Below are positions 1 to 12,141 of a stretch of DNA of 64,000 nucleotides, piece after piece. Within the stretch, counting starts at the first letter, position 1, and the number at the start of each line of letters is the position of its first letter. Source of the stretch: Pristiophorus japonicus (Eukaryota); contig NC_092006.1 of the NCBI RefSeq assembly GCF_044704955.1, forward strand, positions 4,712,001-4,776,000, read 5' to 3'. Below the pieces are notes generated by a model that saw nothing but the letters and a program-made list of their open reading frames with translations, was not told the DNA's origin and did no database searches. The position numbers and the translations under genes are program-made.

Positions 1-676
1 GCGACTGCACCAATTTTAAGTGCGTCCCTCAGCACGTAATCCTGGATCGTGGATTGCGCCAGTCTGCAACACGCAGACGTGGACATCTCCTTGCTCTGGA
101 AGACCAGCAAGTCTCGGCAAGACCAAAGAGCGTCTTTGACTGAGTTGATGACCCTCCAGCAGCAGGTGATGTCAGTCTCGGTGTGTGTCCCTGGGAACAG
201 CCCGTAGAGCACAGAGTCCTGTGTTACGGAGCTGCTCGGGATGAACCTCGACAGCAACCACTGCATCTCTTTCCAAACCTGCCTTGCGAAGGGGCAATCC
301 TGAAGGAGTTGGGTGACAGTCTCGGGCTGTACTTGTTAATCTGCTTGTATACATAGAGCACCATGTACTGACAAACACCTGTGTTTGTGCCATGTACAAT
401 GCAAGTCTCTGCACTGTTTAGTAACTTGTAAAGAAATGTAAATGTATTCTCACCCCGTTCCGTGCACTGCTTTCAACTGCACAGCGCTACATGTAACATG
501 ATTTACGGATTGTACTAAACCGTACCTTGAAATGAAATGCACTCGAGTGCATTGTACGGAACTGCTGTCAGCATCCAAACGAATTGCATGGAATTGCTGG
601 TCACAAGTTGCTGAACTATTTTCCAATGTATTGTGAACATTTTATATGAATAAAGTATATTTTTGGAAAACAAAAA
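1..676. mobile_element. Tx1/L1-clade LINE 3' end with 5' inversion
   Basis: 1-322 is the reverse complement of the ORF2 end seen at about 20930-21250; 320-676 is the forward 3'UTR ending in aataaa plus an A-rich tail. Confidence 0.75.
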
Positions 677-1059
677 CACGGACTGCAGCGGTTCAAGAAG
701 GCGGCTCACCACCACCTTCTCAAGGGGCGATTGGGGATAGGCAATAAATGCCGGCCTGGCCAGCGACGCCCAGATCCTGTGAACGAATCAAACACAATTC
801 TAAACTTTTAACTGCCAAAATTAATAGTCAGAACAGTGTAAAATGTGCACACCCATACCGTAATCTTTCCGCCATGCTCTCCGAACGACAATGCAGCAAA
901 GCTCTTCGCGTCCACTCTGCAACTCGCACTAGCCTGGCCACTGTGACGCACAGACGCTGGCCACATCTCAAGTGCATGAAGGATGGGATTGCTCAGGGCA
1001 CGGCACCCAAAAGGCTTAGGTCGTAATAGTTTCCACTGCATCTGAAGGGGCTGCAACCG

Positions 1060-1061
<2 letters not shown>

Positions 1062-1097
<36 letters not shown>
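1062..1097. repeat. (TG)n microsatellite
   Basis: Perfect TG run about 80 bp upstream of the gene A ATG. Confidence 0.95.
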
Positions 1098-1098
<1 letters not shown>

Positions 1099-1178
1099 AC
1101 GGAACATTTGTCGCCCTCTCCGACTGTAGAATGTTCTGAGCGAGCACGGGAATAGCTGAGTGTGCCCCCGGCCCCAGG

Positions 1179-1236
1179 ATGTTGCTGGAAGCGTTTCCCC
1201 TGATCCTCACACTCCACCACGTGTGTTGGAATTACG
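1179..1236 (+). CDS. Gene A leader (signal peptide) exon
   Basis: ATG..MLLEAFPLILTLHHVCWNY, then G|gtgagt, a phase-1 donor as in Ig/TCR leaders; in frame with the V exon. Confidence 0.75.
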
Positions 1237-1339
1237 GTGAGTGACCCGTGCTTGGGACTAGCCAAAAACGGGAAACAAGGGGACTGTGTTTGCGGAGTTG
1301 AAAATGTGACCCAGCTTTTGCCCCGATATTTTCGCCCCC

Positions 1340-1815
1340 TCTCCCTATCTCTGTAACCTCCTTCAGTCCTGCAACCCTCCCTATCTCTGTAACCTCCTTC
1401 AGCCCTGCAACCCTCCCTATCACTGTAACCCCCTCCAGCCCCTCCAACCCTCCCTATCTCTGTAACCCCCTCCAGTCCCTACACCCCTCCCTATCTCTGT
1501 AACCCCCTCCAGCCCCTACAACCCTCCCTATCTCTGTAACGCCCTCCAGCCCCTACAACCCTCCCTATCTTTGTAACGCCCTCCAGCCCCTACACCTCTC
1601 CCTATCTCTGTAACCCCCTCCAGCCCCTACACCCGTCCCTATCTTTGTAGCCCCCTCCAGCCCCTACAACCCTCCCTATCTCTGTCACCTCCTCTAGCAC
1701 CTACACCCCTCCCTATCTCTGTAACCCCCTCCAACCCCTGCAACCCTCCCTATCTCTGTAACCCCCTCCAGCCCCTGCAACCCTCCCTATCTCTGTAACC
1801 TCCTCCAGCCCTCCA
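1340..1815. repeat. About 37-bp C-rich minisatellite within an interspersed repeat
   Basis: Unit CTCCCTATCTCTGTAACCCCCTCCAGCCCCTACAACC repeated. Confidence 0.9.
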
Positions 1816-2809
1816 AACCCCCCAAGATCTCTGCGCTCCCCAATTCTCTTGAACAACCCCAATTGTAATGACTCAACCATCGGTGGCCGTGCCTTCAGCT
1901 GCCTGGGCCCCAAGCTCTGAAACTCCCTCCCTAAACCTCTCCGCCTCTCTCTCCTCCTTTAAGACGCTCCTTAAAACCGACTTCTTTGTCCCAGCTTTTG
2001 ATCATTACCTAATATCTCATTTTGTGACTCGATGTCAAATTTCCGTGAAGCGTCTTGGGACATTCAATTACGTTGAAGGCGCTTTATAAAAGATATTTTG
2101 TTGTTGATAATGTTGGTTTACTTTCAGGTCCTTCTACAAGGCTAAGCAAAGGCAAAGTAGAGAATGGGTCCAATCTGCCATAACTAAAGGCAATAATGCC
2201 GCTGGTCTTAAGTTACAGGCGATGGGTTTGAAAGTGGCCTCTCTCCATCTCTCAAAAATCAACATGAAGAAATTGTATTTATATAGCGCCTTTAATGTAG
2301 TGTCCTGGGGCCAATATTTATCCCTCAACCAACATCGCTAAAACAGATGATTTGGGTCATTATCAAATTGCTGTGTGTGGGAGCTTGCTGTGCGCAAATT
2401 GGCTGCCGCGTTTCCCACATTACAACAGTGAGCACACTCCAAAAAAAGGGCTTCATTGGCCGTAAAGCGTTTTGAGACGGCCGGTGGTCGTGAAAGGCGC
2501 TATATAAATCCAAGTCTTTCTTTCTTTTTAGTAAAACGCTTCACAGGAGAATTATTTTTAAAAATTTGACCCCGAGCCACATGAGGAGATATTAGGGACA
2601 GGTGACCAAAAGCTGGGTCAAAGAGATCGGTTTGAAGGAGCGTCTTAAAGAAGGAGAGCGAGGCGGAGAGGTTTAGGGAGGGAGTTCCAGAACTTGGGGC
2701 CCAGGCAGCTGAAGGCACGGCCACCGATGGTGGAGCGATGGAAATCAGGGGATGGGCAAGAGGGCAGAATTGGAGGAGTGCAGAGATCTCGGAGGGTCGT
2801 GGGGGCTGA

Positions 2810-3965
2810 AGAAGGTTACAGAGTTAGGGAGGGGTGTATGGGTTAGAGGAGGTTAAGAGATAGGGAGGAGTGTAGGGGCTGGAGAGGGTTACAGAGATCG
2901 GGAGGAGTGTAGGGGCTGGAGGGGGGTTACAGAGATAGGGAGGGAAATAGTGGCTGGAGGGGGTTACAGAGATAGGGAACGGTTTAGGGGCTGGTGGAGG
3001 TTACAGAGATAGGGAGGGGTGTAGGAGCTGGAGGAGGTTACAGAGATAGGGAGGGGTGTAGGGGCTGGAGGAGGTTACAGAGATTGGGAGGGAAATAGTG
3101 GCTGGAGGGGGTTACAGAGATAGGGAACGGTTTAGGGGCTGGTGGAGGTTACAGAGATAGGGAGGGGTGTAGGAGCTGGAGGAGGTTACAGAGATAGGGA
3201 GGGGTGTAGGGGCTGAAGGAGGTTACAGAGATTGGGAGGGGTGTAGGGGCTGGAGGAGGTTACAGAGATTGGGAGGGGTGTAGGGGCTGGAGTGATTTAC
3301 AGAGATAGGAAGGGGTGGAGGGGCTGGAAGGGATTACAGAGATAGGGAGCGGTTTAGGGGCTGGAGGGGGTTACAGAGATAGGGAGGGGTGTATGGGTTA
3401 GAGGAGGTTAAGAGATTGGGAGGGGTGTAGGGGCTGGAGGAGGTTACAGAGATTGGGAGGGGTGTAGGGGCTGGAGGAGGTTACAGAGATAGGGAGGGGT
3501 GTAGGGGCTGGAGGGGGTTACAGAGATAGGAAGGGGTGTAGGGGCTGGAGGGGATTACAGAAATAGGGAGTGGATTAGGGGCTGGAGGAGGTTACAGAGA
3601 TAGGGAGGGGTGTAGGGGCTGGAGGAGATTACAGAGATAGGGAGGGGTGTAGGGGCAGGAGGTTACAGAGATAGGGAAGGTGTGTAGGGGCTGGAGGAGG
3701 TTACAGAGATAGGAAGGTGTGTAGGGGCTGGAGGGGATTACAGAAATAGGGAGGGGTTTAGGGGCTGGAGGGGGTTACAGAGATAGGGAGGGGTGTAGGA
3801 GCTGGAAGAGATTACAGAGATAGGGAGGGGTGTAGGGGCTGGAGGTTACAGAGATAGGAAGGGGTGTAGGGGCTGGAGGAGGTTACAGAGATAGGGAGGG
3901 GTGTAGGGGCTGGACGAGGTGACAGAGATAGGGAGGGGTGTAGAACTGGAGGAGGTGACAGAGCT
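2810..3965. repeat. The same 37-bp minisatellite in the opposite (G-rich) orientation
   Basis: Unit GGAGGTTACAGAGATAGGGAGGGGTGTAGGGGCTGGA, about 30 copies; another array at about 52530-52855. Confidence 0.9.
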
Positions 3966-4205
3966 CGGGAGGGGGCGCGGCCATGGGGGGGATTTAAACA
4001 CAGGATGTGAATTTTGAAATCGGGGCGTTGTTTAACCAGGAGCCAGTGTGGGTCAGCGAGCACAGGGGGCGATGGGTGAGCGGGACTGGCTGCGAGTTGG
4101 GACACAGGTCGGGGCTGCAGAAGTGTGGGATGAACTGGCGTTGAAGGCGCGGGGGTTGGAGCGGACAAACCGTCTCTAATGGGACCGCCCCCCCCCTCTG
4201 TCCAG

Positions 4206-4520
4206 TCGCAGGATCTGAACCCTTCACTGTGACGGCGGCAGCCGGGGAGACGGTGGAACTGGAATGCCACCTGGATTACGAAGTGGAAATCGTGGACAGC
4301 TACTTCTGGTTCAAGCAACTCGTGGGGGAAGCGCCCAAGTTGGTGCATATACCAGCCTGCCGTGGAACCATCTGCAAGTTTACTTCGAAGAGAGGGCGCA
4401 ACAAATATATCCTGGTCCTGCAAATCCTGAAAGTGAACACTTCTGACGCCGCGTCCTACTACTGTGCTGATAGCCATGGCTATGCTCCCCTTAGGAACGG
4501 TTCCTTGCTGCTGGTTGGAG
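4206..4520 (+). CDS. Gene A V-set domain with fused, degenerate J-like G strand
   Basis: ctgtccag acceptor; ..GETVELEC..YFWFKQ..APKLV..DAASYYCADSHGYAPLRNGSLLLVG|gtaag. Canonical Cys/Trp/DxxxYYC. A second in-frame acceptor is possible at 4211. Confidence 0.92.
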
Positions 4521-4617
4521 GTAAGAACAAAGCCCGATTGAATTCATCCCATGCACATGCGATTAAAATTGCATTAGCCAGAATTTAACTGTTTCTTCCA
4601 TCTCCATCCCCACCCAG

Positions 4618-4938
4618 ACAGTTCCACGCCTAAGACCGATGTGCTGGTGTTTGTGACTCCAGGCGAGCCACCTCTGAGGGAAACCATCCCCTTGGTGTGT
4701 CTGGTGACCGGCGTGTCCTCCAGGCAAATTGCCATTTACTGGAACGTGTCGGGACAGTTCGTCGCGGGACGGAGCGAGGTCGGCACCCTGGACCCCGACG
4801 GGACCTACAGCATCAGAAGCCACGTGATGGTCGGGGCGGAGATCTGGAGCAACAGAGGGATCTGCACTTGTATCGTCGAGCTGGGGTCGCCGGGCAAGTC
4901 TTGGAGCAAGAGCGTGTCCCGTCCCGAAGCGGCAACAG
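4618..4938 (+). CDS. Gene A C1-set Ig constant domain
   Basis: cacccag acceptor; ..IPLVCLVTG..IYWNVSG..DPDGTYSIRSHVMV..IW..ICTCIV..; G|gtgagt donor, phase 1. Confidence 0.92.
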
Positions 4939-4954
4939 GTGAGTCATAGCAACA

Positions 4955-7900
4955 TCGAAACATAGAAAATAGGGGCAGGAGCCGGCCATTCAGCCCTTCG
5001 AGCCTGCACCACCATTCAATATGATCATGGCTGATCATGCAACTTCAGTACCCCTTTCCTGCTTTCTCTCCATACCCCTTGATCCCTTTATCCGTAAGGG
5101 CCACATCTAACTCCCTTTTGAATATATCCAACGAACTGGCCTCAACAACTTTCTGTGGTAGAGAATTCCACAGGTTCACAATTCTCTGAGTGAAGAAGTT
5201 TCTCCTCATCTCGGTCCTAAATGGCTTACCCCTTATCCTTAGACTGTGACGGGGAGCTCGGTTGCGAACGTGTAACATCAGTTGGACTGGTTCTCTCGCC
5301 CCTATTAAAGCAACTCCGCGGGTCAAACACAGAGAGATATCTATCAGGAGAAACAGTGCAGCCAGCCTATTGGGAAATACCTTGAAATAAGCCCACCCGT
5401 CACAGGTCTTGTAAATAATTTCTCTGCTCTCGACTGCCCTTCAATTTCTGCCTGTCACCTTCGAATTATAGACTTACACAGCACAGAATCAGGGGTCACC
5501 CATTTAAGACAGAGATGAGGAGGAATTTCTGCTCTCAGAAGGTTATAAATCTGTGGAATTCACTGCCTCGGAGAGCTGTGGAAGAACATAATAACATAAG
5601 AAATAGGAGCAGGAGTCGGCCATTCGGTCCCTCGAGCCTGCTCCGCCATTTAATACGATCATGGCTGATCCGATCATGGACTCAGGTCCACTTCCCTGCC
5701 CGCCCCCTTAATCCCTTATCGATTAAGAAACTGTCTATCTCCGTCTTAAATATATTCAATGTCCCGGCTCTCTGAGGCAGCGAATTCCACAGATTTACAA
5801 CCCTCTGAGAGAAGAAATTTCTCCTCATCTCAGTTTTAAATGGATGGCCCCTCATTCTAAGATTATGCCCCCTAGTTCTAGTCTCCCCCATCAGTGGGGA
5901 TCATTGAATAAATTTAAGACAGAGAGAGACAGTTTCTTAGCCGATAAGGGACTAAGGGGGCGGGCAGGGAAGTGGAGCTGAGTCCATGATCGGATCAGCC
6001 ATGATCGTATTAAATGGTGGAGCAGGCTCGAGGGGCCGAATGGCCGACTCCTGCTCCTATTTCTTATGTTCTCATGTATATTCTATATCGGGAGAAACAA
6101 TGCAGTCTGTCTGTTAAAAAATATGTTGAAATAAGCTATGGTCACCCTCCAAACCAGGCCTTTTAAATATTTTCTCTGCTCTTGACTGCCCTTCGATTTC
6201 GGCGTGTCATCTTAGAATTATCGAATACAGCACAGGAGTCGGCCATTCGGCCCCTCGAGCCTGCTCCATCATTCAATAAGATCACGGCTGATCTTCGACC
6301 TCAACTCCACAATCCTGCACTGTCCCCACTTGGTTCCCCTCGAGTCCAAAAATCTATTGCTCCCTGTCTCAACGACTGAGCCTCCATAGCCCTCTGGGGC
6401 AGAGAATTCCAAAGATTCACCACCCTCTGAGTGAAGGAATTCCTCCTCATCTCAGTCCTAAATGGCCGACCCCTTATCCTGAGACTGTGTGACCCCTGGT
6501 TCTAGACTCCCCTCCCTGCATCTACCCTGTCAAGCCCTGTCAGAATGTTGTATGTTTCAATGAGATCACCTCTCATTCTTCCAAGCTAGGAGTTTACAAC
6601 ATAGAAACATAGAAATTTACAGCGCAGAAGGAGGCCATTTCAGCCCATCGTATCCACACCGGCCGACAAAGAGCCACACGGCCCTCGGTCAGCAGCCCTG
6701 AAGGTTACATATAAACCTACGAACGATGAACAATGACGGAAAGGCAAAGAGCACCCAGCCCAACCAGTCCGCCCCACACAACTGCGACACCCCTTACACC
6801 GAAACATTCTACACTCCACCCCAACCATTGTCCAATTAGCCCCATTCCCCCAACCTATTCCCCACAGTCCTGCAAAGTGTCACTCTCCAAGTATTTATCA
6901 AATTCCCTTTTGAAAGTTATTAATGAATCTGCTTCTACTGCCCGGCAGCGCGTCTTGGAATAATTTTAAGATTAAAATCTATTTTAATTTTAATTTTGAC
7001 TTGTGGATATCTGCAAATCAGACATATTACCCTCGGGTTGTGACGCTTCAGCGAAATCGGGTTATCGCTCCAGTTTAAGGATAAGGGGTAAGCCATTTAG
7101 GACCAAGATGAGGAGAAACTTCTTCACCCAGAGAGTGGTGAACCTGTGGAATTCTCTACCACAGGAAGTTGTTGAGGCCAGTTCGTTGGATATATTCAAA
7201 AGGGCGTTAGATGTGGCCCTTACGGCTAAAGGGATCAAGGGTTATGCAGAGAAAGCAGGAATGGGGTACTGAAGTTGCGTGATCAGCCATGATCATATTG
7301 AATGGTGGTGCAGGCTCGAAGGGCTGAATGGCCTACTCCTGCACCTATTTTCTATGTTTCTATGTTTACAGCTCATAAAAAATAAGGGTGGATGTACATA
7401 AATCTTTGAAGGTGACAGAACAAATTGAAATGGTTGTTAATAATACATACAGAATCCTTGGGTTTATTAATAGACTACAGAAGCAAGGAAGTTATGCCAG
7501 ACGTATATAAAGACAACAGTTGGGTCACCGCTGGAGTACTGTGTCCAATTCTGGGCACTGCGCTCTAGGAACGATGTCAAGGCCGTGGAGAGGGCGTGGA
7601 GGAGATTTACGGGAATGGTCCTGCACTGGTACGCTCACGGCCTTCCGCGAGAGGTGGGCACCGGAGGGACTGGAGTGCATCATCACCCCCCCGCCCCCGG
7701 CAGACAAATTTTCATTTGAATTCAGTTGATGGCCAAAACCGAATTTGTTTTCTTGTCGATTTTAGTGCCCCCTCTAATAAGGGGGCATTTGATTTTCGAT
7801 TGACGGTTTCAACTAAAATAGTTGCAGACCTGTTGATTGCGTCCTTAAAAAAGAGGGCACTTGATTTGAAAGTTTTACGCAAAATAGTTGAGGGACTTCA

Positions 7901-9380
7901 GTGAGGTGGAGAGACTTGAGAAACTGGAATTGTTCTCCTCAGGAGAAACTTCTTTACCCAGAGAGCGGTGAGAATGTGGAACTCGCTGCCACAGGGAGGG
8001 GTTGAGGCTAATAGTATCGATGTATTTAAGGGGAGGCTGGATAAACACATGAGGGAGAAGGGAATAGAGGGATATGCTGATAGATTTAGATGAGGAAAGA
8101 CGGCAGGAGGCTCGAGTGGGGCATAAACATCGGCACGGACTGGTTGGGCCCAATGGCCTGTTTCTGTTCCATATTGAGTAGACTGGGTCTTTACTCGTTG
8201 GAGTTCAGAAGGATGAGGGGTGATCTTATAGAAACATTTAAAATAATGAAAGGGAAAGACAAGATAGAGGCAGAGAGGTTGTTTCCACTGGTCGGGGAGA
8301 CTAGAACTAGGGGGCACAGCCTCAAAATACGGGGGAGCCAATTTAAAACCGAGTTGAGAAGGAATTTCTTCTCCCAGAGGGTTGTGAATCTGTGGAATTC
8401 TCTGCCCAAGGAAGCAGTTGAGGCTAGTTCATTGAATGTATACATACAGAATCCTTGGGTTTATTAATAGACTACAGAAGGAAGGAAGTTATGCCAGACG
8501 TATATGAAGACAACAGTTGAGTGAGAATGGTCTGCTCCTGCACCTATTTTCTATGTTTCTATATAATCCTGTGTAATAGTGCAACTTATTCCATTGGCGA
8601 GCATTCACTCGTCCAATATTGGTCGCGTTGGTTGGTTTGTGGTTTCAAGTCACAGATAGATAGATTTTTAACCAATAAGGGAATTAAGGGTTACGGGGAG
8701 CGGGCGGGTAAGTGGAGCTGAGTCCACGGCCAGATCAGCCATGATCTTGTTGAATGGCGGAACAGGCTCGAGGGGCTAGATGGCCTACTCCTGTTCCTAA
8801 TTCTTATGTTCTTATGTTCTTATGTTCTTAGATCCGATGTAATCCTGTGTAATAGTGCAACTTATTCCGTGCTTGCTATTGAGGGAGTGCAGCGAAGGTT
8901 CATCAGTATGATTCCCGGGACGGCAGGACTGACATATGAGGAGAGACTGGATCGACTGGGCTTATATTCCCTGGAATTTAGAAGAATGAGAGGGGATCTC
9001 ATAGAAACATATCAAATTCTGACGGGACTGGACAGGTTAGATGCAGGAAGAATGTTCCCGATGTTGAGGGAAGTCCAGAACCAGGGGTTACAGTCTAAGG
9101 ATAAGGGGTAAGCCATTTAGGACCGAGATGAGGAGAAACTTCTTCACTCAGAGAATAGTGAACCTGTGGAATTCTCTACCACAAAGAGTTGTTGAGGCCA
9201 GTTCGTTAGATATGTTCAAAAGGGAGTTAGATGTGGCCCTCATGGCTAAAGGGATCAAGGAGTATGGAGAGAAAGCAGGAAAGGGGTACTGAGGGAATGA
9301 TCAGCCATGATCTTATTGAATGGTGGTGCAGGCTCGAAGGGCTGAATGACCTGCTCCTGCACCTATTTTCTATGTTTCTA
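4955..9380. mobile_element. Cluster of 5'-truncated CR1 LINE fragments (both strands) in gene A intron 3
   Basis: Repeated ORF2 C-terminal peptides (RTRGHSLRIRG..FFTQRVVNLWNSLP) and (tttctatg)n / (ttcttatg)n tails. Confidence 0.88.
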
Positions 9381-9576
9381 TATAATCCTGTGTAATAGTG
9401 CAACTTATTCCATTGGCGAGCATTCACTCGTCCAATATTGGTCGCGTTGGCTGGTTTGTGGTTTCACAGCCCGCGTTGGATGCGCCTAAATTGTAACTGG
9501 GTCGCGTTTCTCACAAGTGAGTCGCAGAAAGAGTGGCTTGACCCAGCAACATTTTCTAAGTGTCCTGTCTTTGCAG

Positions 9577-9678
9577 ACTGGTGTACACCGATCCTTCCGT
9601 TTGCAATTCGTGTCTCGGCGATCTTGGTTCTAGTACTGATCCTTATTATTCTGTGTCATCATAACTGCGGCAGACGAG
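9577..9678 (+). CDS. Gene A stalk plus transmembrane exon
   Basis: tttgcag acceptor; DWCTPILPFAIRVSAILVLVLILIILCHHNCGRR; G|gtgagt. Stalk Cys and an Arg at the N-terminal end of the TM. Confidence 0.85.
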
Positions 9679-9778
9679 GTGAGTGTTTATATCCGTCAAA
9701 TATATCTTTTATAAATGCTTGTTCAACGTGAGTCCCTTCTCGTATCTTTCGATACTAATTTACAGTGAACTGTTTCAG

Positions 9779-9809
9779 AAGGACGAGACAAGAGGCCCCG
9801 CCAGGAAAG
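9779..9809 (+). CDS. Gene A cytoplasmic mini-exon 1
   Basis: tgtttcag acceptor and AG|gtgagt donor; EGRDKRPRQE. An alternative acceptor at 9765 is possible. Confidence 0.55.
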
Positions 9810-10049
9810 GTGAGTAATTGAACTATTTGCAAAGTTGATCAATGAGAGTCTCGCTGGGTTTAACACCGCGTCAGAACCAGTTTAACCCCAACTCTGATTC
9901 CAGTGCCAGATATTATTTGTGTTTTCCACGTTCTTTTTGAGTATGGTTCCAAGACCATTCCACAACTCTGTTCTCGGTATTTACGGCACGTGGCCACGGA
10001 TTCACAGGAGGTAGAAAAGTAAAATACTGCGGATGCGAGCAATGTGACA

Positions 10050-10255
10050 GATACAGAGTTACAGACAGAGAGAGAGAGACAGACAGAGTCAGACAGACAG
10101 AGACAGCGACACAGAGAGAGAGGCAGAGAGATAGAGAGACAGACAGAGAGAGACAGGGACAGGCAGAGACAGCGACACAGAGAGAGAGAGAGACAGCGAC
10201 AGAGAGAGAGAGAGAGGCAGAGATTGAGAGCGAGAGAGAGAGACAGAGACAGCGA
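10050..10255. repeat. AG/AGAC-rich low-complexity microsatellite
   Basis: Degenerate (AG)n/(AGAC)n run. Confidence 0.9.
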
Positions 10256-10568
10256 CGGAACAAGTTAGAGATGTAACCGGGTTTAAGCTCCACTTTCTCT
10301 GTACTTGCTGGAAACATTTTTCCTACATTAAAACAATGACTACACTTCAAAAAAGTATGCCATTGGCTGTAAAGTGCTTTGGGAGCCCAGTGGTCGCTAC
10401 AGAAACGCCAGTCTGTCTTTGTTTCATTTCTGTTTTATCTCTAACGTTCTCTCGAAGGGTAACAGACCTGAAAGGTTAACTCAGTTTCTCTCCACAAATG
10501 CTGCCTGACCCGCTGAGCATCACAAGAAGTAATGTTTGTCTCCTGTTTCTGTTCCCACACGGTTTCAG

Positions 10569-10600
10569 CTCCAGAGGGACAGTGAACAGAGCAGGAGGAG
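10569..10600 (+). CDS. Gene A cytoplasmic mini-exon 2 (tentative)
   Basis: Pyrimidine-rich ggtttcag acceptor and G|gtgaac donor; phases fit between the neighbouring exons. Confidence 0.4.
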
Positions 10601-11073
10601 GTGAACCACACTTGGATGAGTTGGATTGAAATGTTGGCGCAAATAGAACGTCAAATGCAGGATATTTCAAAATTCAATTGGGTCATTGCCCGCCTTCAAA
10701 ATATTCTCCTGTCTGCCGGACATCCAGAAAGGCTAATTACTGCTTAGTCATGCCAATTAATAATGTATCAGATTGTTAAATAATGTATCGGGTGGACAGC
10801 AGACACCGGGGGCAGATCGTCCGTGCCCATCTATTGGTGTATTGGACCATTGGTGTATTGAACCATTGGTTTATTGCACCATTGGTTTATTGGACCATTG
10901 GTGTATTGCACCATTGGTGTATTGGGGGAACATTGGTGTATTAATGGACCATTGGTTTATTGGGGGTCATAGGCTTAATGATGGACTATTGGCGCTCAGT
11001 GCCTCTATAATTTATTATAAATGAGCCGGACTTGACAATAATTAAATTCAAATTCTTAACTATTTATACACAG

Positions 11074-11123
11074 TTGACACCCATCAAATGGAGGCAAGGC
11101 AGACACATCAGGGTACAAGACAT
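11074..11123 (+). CDS. Gene A cytoplasmic exon 3
   Basis: tacacag acceptor and gtaagt donor; VDTHQMEARQTHQGTRH, phase 1 to phase 0. Confidence 0.6.
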
Positions 11124-11366
11124 GTAAGTAAATTCATTGACCCTGTTGCAATAATATACAGGAACTTGCCGATTTTCTGGGTATCGCATGCAAATAATTG
11201 GCTTGTCTCTTTCAAAGAGCTGGCACGGGCACGATGGGCCGAATGGCCTATGCCTGTGCTGTATCATGCTACGATTCCTTGAAACGCGATTGCGGGACGG
11301 GATAGTTTGAGCTGCCTTTCGAATAACTTGGAACTTGTCGATATTTAACGTGTGTTCCTGTCTCAG

Positions 11367-11450
11367 GGCGCCCCGCAAGACCAGACTTTCTACGCCTCTC
11401 TGCAATTCAAAGCCGCGGAAAAGTCATCAAGAAAGAAGGCGGGTCGCTGA
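11367..11450 (+). CDS. Gene A terminal exon with TxYxxL motif
   Basis: tgtctcag acceptor; GAPQDQTFYASLQFKAAEKSSRKKAGR*; paralogous motif in genes B-D. Confidence 0.8.
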   Translation, partial: GAPQDQTFYASLQFKAAEKSSRKKAGR

Positions 11451-12141
11451 TGAGAACCCCGGAGGGGTTTCTAGCCGGTGGACGAGGGAGGAGACGGAAC
11501 TCGCAAAGAAGAATGCCCAGCCCGGCGGAGATAAGACTGAAGCCACAGAGACTCCAATCAAACATCCGGGGGCTGGGCTTTGCACTTCACATCGCTGGCC
11601 TAGTGCCCATATATCACCCAAAATGCCCTGCTATCGCCCATTTCACTTCGCTGACCTATCGGCGAGTGGAAAATCGCGATACAAAAAATGGGCGATGTTC
11701 CAGCGATCAGTAAGGCTGACACATCGACCATCGCTGGAACATCGTTCATTTTTTGGGCGATAGTCTAGCCTACCTCCCTGTGTTTGGAAGGGTTTGCAAA
11801 CACTCTTTCTGTTGAATGTAAAAGACCCGTGCTTTGAGTATTGTAAAGATGTCCCACTGTATTAGTGAGACCACCATTTAGACCAGGGTCTTCTCAGTTT
11901 CCTGATTCTCTGAATCTTTTTCTGCTGACCCTGTAATTCCGGTCAGTAACAAGATTGGGGTTTTTTTTGTCGCAAATGCTTGAATATAAATAAAATAAAT
12001 GATCCTTTGACTGTAATGATGCACAGGAGGTTCCTATTGTTCAATGCTTCACTTACAATTAAATGTCATCTGGATAAAACTTCGCTGGCTCTGAGCTGCC
12101 AATATCAGTCCTGAATTGAAAGAGTGTTAGTGGCGATATTC

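Larger units (their letters stand above)
1179..11450 (+). other. Gene A: non-rearranging L-VJ-C1-TM-cytoplasmic IgSF receptor (about 330 aa; TM Arg; TFYASL motif)
   Basis: Exons 1179-1236, 4206-4520, 4618-4938, 9577-9678, 9779-9809, 10569-10600, 11074-11123 and 11367-11450 all have GT-AG ends and splice in frame (993 nt). AATAAA at about 11989. Confidence 0.85.

Noticed and set aside
2112-2185. Strong-looking splice acceptor (tttactttcag) in gene A intron 1
   Set aside because: No phase-compatible donor found, and the frame reaches a TAA at about 2181.
2810-3965. Ig class-switch-like region
   Set aside because: It is part of an interspersed repeat found elsewhere in the window and lies between leader and V, not upstream of a C exon.
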